A DNA stretch of 35,422 bases. Origin: an uncultured Candidatus Peribacteria bacterium (GTDB lineage: Bacteria; Patescibacteriota; Gracilibacteria; BD1-5; JAGOOR01). Each line of letters begins with the position of its first letter. Position 1 is the first letter of the stretch. The stretch covers positions 1 to 35,422 of the forward strand of contig CAYVZT010000002.1 of the NCBI GenBank assembly GCA_964456455.1, written 5' to 3'. The notes under the pieces are model-generated. The model was not told the origin of the DNA, searched no databases, and saw only the letters and a program-made list of their open reading frames with translations. Positions 28,581 through 35,422 of this stretch are shown here, piece after piece. The position numbers and the translations under genes are program-made.

Positions 28581-28856
28581 TTATGCATTAATAAAACCAT
28601 GCCCTCTCCACTTTTGTTCAGGATCATACCAGGCACGTAGAGCAGTGCAGGGGTATGTATTCAGAGATCAATTTGCAGTACGTCTTACTCACAATTCTTG
28701 CCATTCTCGTACAAAAAGACACTGCTGTCATAAAAGCTTGCAAACTCCATCTTGCACAAAGGGGCATACTATGGTGCCATCCCGAAAAACATATCATGAT
28801 CTCGTTCTATCCTCGGTAATAGTTGGTAACATTGGTGGCATACCCACTTCAGACAT
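28581..28856 (-). CDS. Small hypothetical protein (91 aa, 4 Cys)
   Basis: ATG 28856 to TAA 28581-28583, with 4 TGAs. The competing plus-strand ORF 28645..28860 looks less protein-like. Confidence 0.4.
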
Positions 28857-28885
28857 ATAAGTTAATCAAGACATAATTTTGAGAT

Positions 28886-29000
28886 AAAAAAACTCCCCCT
28901 GTTTGGGAGAGTGGAAAGTGCGTGATTTTTCTTCGCAACAAACTTACTCTCCCGTAGGGGAAAGAAGAAGCACGAGAAGGAGTGAACTTGTTTGACGCAT
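28886..29000 (-). promoter_or_regulatory. Module copy 3 (diverged): Leu-rich mini-ORF, compensated pairing segments and a terminator
   Basis: On the minus strand, ATG 29000 to TAA 28946-28944 encodes MRQTSSLLLVLLLSPTGE. Segments: seg1 CTTTCCC (28964-28958), seg2 GGGAGAG (28953-28947), seg3 CTCTCCC (28911-28905), seg4 GGGAG within 28898-28893, then T6. Confidence 0.5.
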
Positions 29001-29006
29001 GGAGGT

Positions 29007-29033
29007 ATTATACGGACAGTGAATATTTGTCAA
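29007..29033 (-). promoter_or_regulatory. Consensus-like promoter driving module copy 3, with leaderless geometry
   Basis: On the minus strand, TTGACA (29033-29028), a 15-nt spacer, then TATAAT (29012-29007). Only 6 nt (acctcc) separate the -10 element from ATG 29000. Confidence 0.45.
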
Positions 29034-29035
29034 AA

Positions 29036-29491
29036 TTAAACCACGACACCGAGTATCAATTCGCGTAGATTATTATATATACTTTCTTCTGGGAGTTCAC
29101 GTATCTCTTTGAGAGTTTTCCAGTCATAATCTGCTATCTCTGATGCTTGGGGTACGATATTGCCAGCGACGACATGAGCCAAGAAAAACTCTTCATATTT
29201 TCTCTGTGGTCCTCGATCATTTGTGTATTCTATTGTTTGGACACGTACTGGGGCTGGGAGCGTAGTGATATTTGGCTCCTGACAGAGAGTAATCATGCCT
29301 ATCAATTCGACTGTGAGTCCGAGCTCTTCTTTTGCTTCACGTATCATCGCCTGTTGAAATGTCTCCCCCGCTTCTACATGACCACCTGGGAGAGTCCATG
29401 GTTTATGTTGAGCATGTTTTACGAGGAGTATACGACCTTCTCTGTCGGTGATGATACCTCGTGCCGAAAATTGAAGAGGAAGTACTTTCAT
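29036..29491 (-). CDS. NUDIX hydrolase
   Basis: Nudix box GGHVEAGETFQQAMIREAKEELGL. 151 aa. Confidence 0.9.
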   Translation of the reverse strand: MKVLPLQFSARGIITDREGRILLVKHAQHKPWTLPGGHVEAGETFQQAMIREAKEELGLTVELIGMITLCQEPNITTLPAPVRVQTIEYTNDRGPQRKYEEFFLAHVVAGNIVPQASEIADYDWKTLKEIRELPEESIYNNLRELILGVVV

Positions 29492-29530
29492 ATGTCTCCA
29501 TTATAGCCGAAATAAAGGCATTTCAATGGT

Positions 29531-30769
29531 CTATCTACCAATCTGGTACATATTATAGAGCGCTTCGATCATTTCTTCCAGTGTATCAAAAAGCGTCTTT
29601 TGCTTGACTGTACGGAGTTCAGGAAGGGTATATTTTTCATCGAGAAGCATGGACCGCATCGTTTGCAATCCAGTGAGAATATTTTCATAAAAACCAGTCC
29701 TCCTGCCCGTGAGAAGTGGATTTTCAAAAGCGTCCGGCAATGGTTCAGCAAAGAGAACTCTTACTTTTCATTCTTGGCTATCTGTATACATCCTCTGTAT
29801 CTGATTATGGATATCGTGTGGTCGTTTTTTCGCATAAAACTTTGCCAAAAAAGGAAATTTATCGAGCCAATATGAGATGGCTTTTTCATTGCTCTCTGGT
29901 TCGAGATGTGGCCCATTATGATTTCAGAGCTTCACAATGTGGGATCCTCCCAACGTGCGAGCATAATCATACATGACTGGATCTGAGAAATAACCATCAA
30001 TCAGCTCTTCCTCCCCTACTTTTCTAATCGGTTCTGACCATCGAGGTATCGTCAGGGTCGCGGCCAGAGCTTTCTGAAATTCTTCTGGTGAAGCTCTATC
30101 AGATCGTATATATCGTGATTGAGGGTGTTCTCCTGTAGTCGTCGTCACGACATGAATAACAGGATTTTTCTTACCATCCGGCCTCGCCGTGTGATAATCG
30201 GGTGGAAGCACGGGTGTCTCATACCATTCTTGTGGGTTTTTTAGTTCTCTGCCCGTGAGGACACGAGAAAGGAGATCTTCTACCTGAAGAATATTTTCTA
30301 TTTTTTTACCGACAGCTTTCTCGAGAACATGCGTTACTTTCTTTGAAAAAAATCATATTATTTTTCTCACAGAAGCTGGTAGGACATCTACAGAACTAAT
30401 TAAATTCATCACATTTGGCACAATAGAAGCCGCCATGGTAGGAAAATGGATGGTTTCAGACGGGCCATGTTCGCGACAATAATCAACAATAGTGTTCTCG
30501 CCTGACATCCTCCCGAGAACAAAGCCCATACCAGCGAAAGAACCAGAAGAAGCAAAAATAATATGGTCAAAATCAGTCGGCTCAATACCTGCCTGGACGA
30601 GTGCTGCCATCATACCAATACTCGATGATGCGCGGTATTCTCCAGGATCGACGATGAGTATACGAGCTCATTCAGGACCCAGAGTATGGTCTTTTATACC
30701 TCTCAATACCTCATTTTTTATGAGGGGAGAAATTTTTTCTCATGTTTCTTGAAGTATATCAGGAGACAT
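29531..30769 (-). CDS. Patatin-like phospholipase domain protein (divergent motifs)
   Basis: Fragments 30353.., 29924.. and 29531.. plus the N-terminus share a frame and join across 5 TGAs; the gaps were hand-translated and contain no TAA/TAG. Patatin-like pattern ILIVDPGEYRASSSIGMMAALVQAGIEPTDFDHIIFASSGSFAG, and an Asp-dyad region ELIDGYFSDP. Confidence 0.7.
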
Positions 30770-30858
30770 ATACTATCAGAATAGCACAGAATAAACTGAT
30801 TATCAATCATAAAAAGTGTTTATTTTTACTATCCTCTGAGTACAATCGCCTCTATATC

Positions 30859-31584
30859 ATGAAGAAAAAACAAAAAATCATCGCGCCACGTGTTGCCAAC
30901 AAAGCAGGATATCAAGTTCAGGATGTCTGGTTTCATAAGGCAAAGGCTGCTGGATATCGTGCACGCAGTGCTTTTAAACTCCTCCAAATACAAGAAGAAA
31001 CAGGATTGATTCGAGCTGGAGACATAGCCCTCGATCTCGGATGTGCACCCGGCAGCTGGCTCCAGGTTATCACAAAGCTCGTTGGTGAAGAAGGAAGGGT
31101 CCTCGGTATCGATCTCCAAAATGTCGATAAATTTGCTCAAAAAAATATCACTACTTTCGTTGGCGATATGACAGTCAGCGGATCCCATGAAAAAATCAAA
31201 AAATACCTCTCAGAAATACGCACCGAAGGTCAAGAACAAGAAGCCGAAAAAGAAGCGTCTGGAGCCTGGTGAATCAATGATAATCCAAAACTCTCTCTAA
31301 AATGATTCAATGTTATCACTTCTGACGTGGCACCCAAGACAACAGGTCGAAATGATGATGATCAGTATCACAGCGCCATGCTCTGTCTCGAAGTCCTCAA
31401 AATCGCAGATAAATTCCTCGCTCCTGGAGGCAATCTTGTGATGAAAATCTTTGTCGGTCGAGACCTCGCACAAGTTCTCAATAAGGCAAAAAATATGTTT
31501 CGAAAAATACAGACTATCAAACCCGATGCGTGTCGGGATAGAAGCTTCGAAGAATATGTCGTGTGCCGAGGGTTTAAATCCTAG
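30859..31584 (+). CDS. rlmE: 23S rRNA (uridine2552-2'-O)-methyltransferase RlmE/FtsJ with an internal insertion
   Basis: Motifs YRARSAFKLLQIQEE, DLGCAPGSWLQV and SDVAPKTTG. Fragments 30742..31272 and 31327..31584 join across two TGAs. Likely start is ATG 30859. Confidence 0.85.
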
Positions 31585-31853
31585 AATGGGACATCCATTT
31601 CTGTTGCTGGTTTAATACTTGGACCAGATGACATGCCACCATTATCACGATTTTTCTGATAATCATTTTCGACGACGTAGTGTGTATCGCCATATTGTCC
31701 TGGTTCTTTGCGCTTGAGAACCGTCATATTGACATAGCCCTTTTCATTCACGATATCCTGCATATCTGCGAGTTTGAGCGAGAGATTGAGGATTTCACCA
31801 TACTGTGTTGAGACCGCTTTCGCAGACCCACCGATATATTTTTTATCAGCCAT
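31581..31853 (-). CDS. Small protein (90 aa) with an SSB-like C-terminal tip (…EMDVPF)
   Basis: Uninterrupted ORF directly downstream of nusA. Beta-rich core followed by a Gly/Ser-rich linker and an acidic D-V-P-F end, which recalls the bacterial SSB tail (D-D-D-I-P-F). The functional call is tentative. Confidence 0.5.
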   Translation of the reverse strand: MADKKYIGGSAKAVSTQYGEILNLSLKLADMQDIVNEKGYVNMTVLKRKEPGQYGDTHYVVENDYQKNRDNGGMSSGPSIKPATEMDVPF

Positions 31854-31874
31854 AAAAGAGTTTTATAAAATGTA

Positions 31875-32948
31875 TTATTCAGCCACTGTGCCCTCTTCTT
31901 CGACACCAACCAGACGGATGCGGTAGCCAGTGAGTTGCTCAGCAAGGCGCACATTACCACCAGATCGTCCGATAGCACGGACTTCTTCTGATTTTGGAAC
32001 AGAGACCTGAGCGACACCATCTTCATCGAATTGGACATCGAGGATACGGGCAGGGTTGAGAGCTTGAGCGACGAGTTCACGAGCATTATCAGTATAGTTG
32101 ATGACATCGACTTTTTCTCCTGAGAGTTCTTCAACGACGGCCTTCACACGGATACCCTTTGGACCGATGAGGGCACCAGCAGGATCTACTTCTTCAAATT
32201 CTGAAGCAACGATGATTTTTGTCTTAAATCCTGGTTCACGAACGATTTTTACGATTTCGATAGTCCCATCCTCGAGTTCTGGAGTCGAGAGTTCAAAGAG
32301 TTTCGCGACGAGTTGTGGATCCTTTCGAGAGAGGATGATCTTTGGATCACCATGCCCCTCATCTTCGACTTTTTTTACAAAGACATGAAGACGCATACCT
32401 GGAGTGTATTTATCACGACTGACTTGTTCTCCTCGTGGGAGGAGCACTTGAGAGCCGTTGAATTCGACGAAGACACGATCATTTTCGACCATATCGACAC
32501 GGACATTCACGATTTCGCCCTGTTTGTCTTTGAATATTTCATAGACTTTTGCCTTTTCAGACTCACCAATCTTCTGAATGATGACCTGACGAGCAGCCTG
32601 AGAAGCGATACGACCGAAGACTTGTTGGTTATCACGGAGGACATCACTCACATCGATTTCGATGATATCACCGATATCAAATGCATCAGCATCTTCACCG
32701 AGTTCAGCTTTGCTAATCTCAGTATTTGGATTGGTGACTTCTTCGACGACAGTTTTTTCGAGAGTGACAGCGATATCTCCAGAATCAAAATCGAGTTTTA
32801 CATTCACGATATCGTCCTTGGTACCATAGTCTTTTTTATAGGCAGTACGGATAGCAGATTCGATGATTTCGACGAGGTCTTCACGGCGGAGACCACGTTC
32901 GGCAGCGATATGATTGATAGCTGCTTCTATCTTTTTTAAGTCTAACAT
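31875..32948 (-). CDS. nusA: Transcription termination/antitermination factor NusA
   Basis: 357 aa. N-terminal domain (IEAAINHIAAERGL), S1 domain, and two KH domains (IGPKGIRVKAVVEELSGEKVDVI and AIGRSGGNVRLAEQLTGYRIRL). No TGA. Confidence 0.95.
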   Translation of the reverse strand: MLDLKKIEAAINHIAAERGLRREDLVEIIESAIRTAYKKDYGTKDDIVNVKLDFDSGDIAVTLEKTVVEEVTNPNTEISKAELGEDADAFDIGDIIEIDVSDVLRDNQQVFGRIASQAARQVIIQKIGESEKAKVYEIFKDKQGEIVNVRVDMVENDRVFVEFNGSQVLLPRGEQVSRDKYTPGMRLHVFVKKVEDEGHGDPKIILSRKDPQLVAKLFELSTPELEDGTIEIVKIVREPGFKTKIIVASEFEEVDPAGALIGPKGIRVKAVVEELSGEKVDVINYTDNARELVAQALNPARILDVQFDEDGVAQVSVPKSEEVRAIGRSGGNVRLAEQLTGYRIRLVGVEEEGTVAE

Positions 32949-33146
32949 GACATGAAAAGGTTAAGAGTTAAACGTTTATTATGAAACGTTGGGCTTCAGT
33001 CAAAAACAGTATAGAGAAACTCAGGGTAAAAAAAAGAACCTGGAGATCCAAATTCTTGCGTTATTGACTGATTACGGGGACAGTATATCGGAATACCATG
33101 GAAAATCAAAAAGAAAAATTGACAAAATATATTAGTAAGTCTTGAA

Positions 33147-34016
33147 TTATTTTTCTTCTTGCAGAAGATCGATTACTATGATCCTCTTTCCATCTGAGAA
33201 AGCCCTCTGACCTTTTAAAATATCTACTGGAAACCATATTCAGGCCAGACTTTGTTCCTCATTTTTATATTTGAAAGTAGTATTGCCCGTTCCCCAGTGT
33301 ATCTGTATTTCATGATCATATATATCAGTTATTTTCTGCGTTGCTTTTCGCCCATACCTATCCCAGAGTATGATATCCCGATTATTTACGAGATAATATT
33401 CCCCCTTATTCGGACCGAGAAAGACCATATCAAGTGGTACTGAAGGAGCAAGAATTTGACGCGTCAATACATCATAAAAAATATCTTTGCCTGCTTGTGT
33501 AGAGACAGAGATTCACGCTATGTTATTCGTAAACACTATGCTATTCAGTGCATTTTTTTCTTCGATTGTGAGACTACGAGCGTATGACTTTTTTGTTTCA
33601 TTATCATCGAGAAAACGAATCCGAATGGGAGTCCGAAAATCAGCTGTTCCTGCAGTATTTCGAGCAATAGAAACAAAAAAAGTCTGACTTTTGACTCCGT
33701 TGGAAACCAATATAGATCCATCTCCTGGTGGTAGACGTGTGATATCACATATCTCAGAACATTCTTGTTCACGAGACCATGGAAGAGTGAAATGAATCGG
33801 GTAATCAAATCCGAGAATGTGGATATCTTTCTTGAATAATTCGGCTTGGAGACGCACAATTACATGAGAAGGAGCATCGAGCTGGACTCGTAGCGATGAT
33901 ACATCCCAATAATACGTCTTCCCTACCACCCAGACAATACACCCGAGAATTGATACTACCAGAAATACTGGAAAGAAGAAAGAAAATATTTTGTCACGAA
34001 GATCGCGAATATCCAT
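33147..34016 (-). CDS. Membrane-anchored hypothetical protein (289 aa)
   Basis: Fragments 33513..34016 and 33240..33467 plus a tail join across TGA 33513-33515 and 33240-33242. N-terminal TM helix FSFFFPVFLVVSILGCIVWVV. TAA at 33147-33149. Confidence 0.6.
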
Positions 34017-34063
34017 ATGTGTTTTATTATCATCCGTGCAATAAAATGCACAAAATTAAAAAT

Positions 34064-34093
34064 TTGACAATATATCAAATTAACCATTATATA
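34064..34093 (+). promoter_or_regulatory. Candidate promoter of the sigma factor gene
   Basis: TTGACA (34064-34069), an 18-nt spacer, then TATATA (34088-34093), 21 nt upstream of ATG 34115. Confidence 0.45.
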
Positions 34094-34114
34094 CCTTAAT
34101 AAATAAAAAATACA

Positions 34115-35314
34115 ATGAATAATGAACCTCTCTGAGAATACCAAAATCCTAATATAAAGCGCTATTTTCGTGAAGTTATACACACTGATCTCTTAACACC
34201 AGAAGAAGAGCTAGAACTAGCAGAAAAAACACGTCGATGAGACCTCGATGCTCGTAATCGTATGATACGAGCAAATCTCCGATTGGTCGGAGAAATTGCA
34301 AAAGACTATATAGGGCGATGAGTGCAGCTCGCAGATCTCATTCAGGAGGGAAATATGGGGCTCATGGAAGCCGTAGATCGATTTGACCCCAGTCTCGGCA
34401 AACTCTCAAGCTACGCAACGTGGTGGATAAACAACTTTATGCATAAAGCTGTTGCTGAGCAAGGTCGTGATATTAGACTGCCCGTAAATATGCTCAGAAA
34501 AATCTGAAAAGTAAGCAAGGTGGCTATGAGTCTCACAGAAGATCTATGACGCGCTCCAAATGCCAGAGAAATAAGTGATGTCTTAGGTATTCCGAGAAGA
34601 AAAATTGCTATCATAATGGATACAAGCATCGCCCCTATCTCACTCCAGACTGTTATGCAAAGCCAAGGCGATGGTGATGGCGAAAGCGATGTGGATATGG
34701 GCAGAGAGTTTGTGTTAGCAGTGATAGATGAAAACAATGAATCACCTTTTGATAAATTAGTGACAGATGACATACTATGAAAGACAGATGTGTTATTATC
34801 TTGGTTGGAAACCAGGGATCCAAGAAAAAAAGAAATAATCGAATTGCGCTATGGCTTAAATGGTCAAAGACCTCATACTTTAGACGAAATCGGTACACAT
34901 GTATGACTCACGAAAACACGTGTTGCTCAATTAGAAAGGCAAGCATTGAGACTGATGAGATGACATCTGAGAAAATTAGAAAATCCAGATCTCATGCAAG
35001 CCAGAAACCTCAGACCTCAAGGTACAACAAAAAATATACTCGATACCCCTATTTGATTGAGGGTGACACCAGATCAGAAAGCAGATTTATTGGAACGGTT
35101 AACTAAAATAGGTCATGTTTATACACCTATCACTCTTATACGGGTAGCTATATTGATAGAAAAATTAATACAATCCCCAAATTTGACTCCCCGAGAGTTT
35201 GAATCATGTCTTGCGGGTCATGAATTACAGCATTTTGCGGTCCAAGATATACCTGCCCTGGTCATGCCAGACAAGAGTACATATCAATGTCTCGCCTATA
35301 TTCTCAGAAAATAA
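34115..35314 (+). CDS. RNA polymerase sigma-70 family factor with a ~110-aa C-terminal extension
   Basis: Regions 1.2 to 4.2 are recognisable: [98 protein letters not shown]. Nine in-frame TGAs. The first TAA/TAG in frame is at 35312-35314. Confidence 0.8.
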
Positions 35315-35367
35315 TACAAAAGAAGGGTGGGCATTTACGCTGAGTTTTTTCTCCTATAATGGAACTC

Positions 35368-35422
35368 ATGCTTTCAAACCAAATTATATCTCTTATCGCG
35401 ACCCTCAAAGATGGTTGATCTT
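35368..35422 (+). CDS. 5' end of an ORF (MLSNQIISLIATLKDGGS...), truncated by the window edge
   Basis: The ATG lies 7 nt after a TATAAT (35355-35360), which has TTTACG 15 nt upstream. Too short to assign. Confidence 0.3.

Noticed and set aside
27955-29035. A possible CRISPR array or MITE-type repeat cluster.
   Set aside because: The repeat units are about 100 nt, diverged (copy 3) and spaced 300-420 nt apart by ORF-containing sequence. Each carries a terminator and an in-frame mini-ORF. There are no cas genes and no terminal inverted repeats or target-site duplications.
32313-32939. 208-aa plus-strand ORF, and another at 32098..32388, opposite nusA.
   Set aside because: Antisense shadows of nusA with an implausible Asp/Phe-rich composition.
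1-35422. Widespread gene fragmentation could mean a decaying genome full of pseudogenes.
   Set aside because: The fragments are always in the same frame and interrupted only by TGA, never by TAA/TAG or frameshifts. The TGAs sit on conserved Gly positions. Recoding (table 25) explains this far better than pseudogenisation.

Overview
Gene-dense, fairly AT-rich fragment of a Candidate-Phyla-Radiation-type bacterium that reads UGA as glycine (translation table 25, as in Gracilibacteria/Absconditabacteria). The supplied standard-code ORF track therefore splits about half of the genes. I re-joined same-frame fragments across TGA by hand. The joined genes all end in TAA or TAG, and TGA falls on conserved Gly positions in RsmG, sigma-70, FemAB, an M24 peptidase, a desaturase and PilB. 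Recognisable content, left to right:
- partial tRNA-Tyr, ABC exporter, delta-9-type acyl desaturase, SDR epimerase, SufU/IscU-like protein
- type IV pilus block: two PilN/O-like membrane proteins, PilB, PilC
- a 7.6-kb block of unrecognised or TGA-rich genes (9.2-16.8 kb): a 1144-aa ORF with an internal tandem repeat, a protein with four excisionase-like HTH repeats, two overlapping LpxC-fold deacetylase paralogs, and a divergent alpha/beta hydrolase
- M24 peptidase, major pilin, valS, an orphan TGA-rich gene, VOC/glyoxalase, GT8 glycosyltransferase, AlkD-like repair protein, STAS protein, FemAB-family transferase, APH-like kinase, rsmG
- a Cys/His-rich small protein and two small ORFs, interleaved with three copies of a ~100-nt module (Leu-rich mini-ORF, alternative pairing segments, intrinsic terminator)
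- NUDIX hydrolase, patatin-like lipase, rlmE, a small protein with an SSB-like tail, nusA, a membrane-anchored protein, and a sigma-70 factor with a long C-terminal extension

No CRISPR array, rRNA, transposase or integrase was seen. The two best candidates for something new are the triplicated mini-ORF/attenuator-like module (27.96-29.03 kb) and the LpxC-like pair with its neighbours (9.2-16.8 kb). All coordinates, translations and counts were worked out by hand and need computational confirmation.
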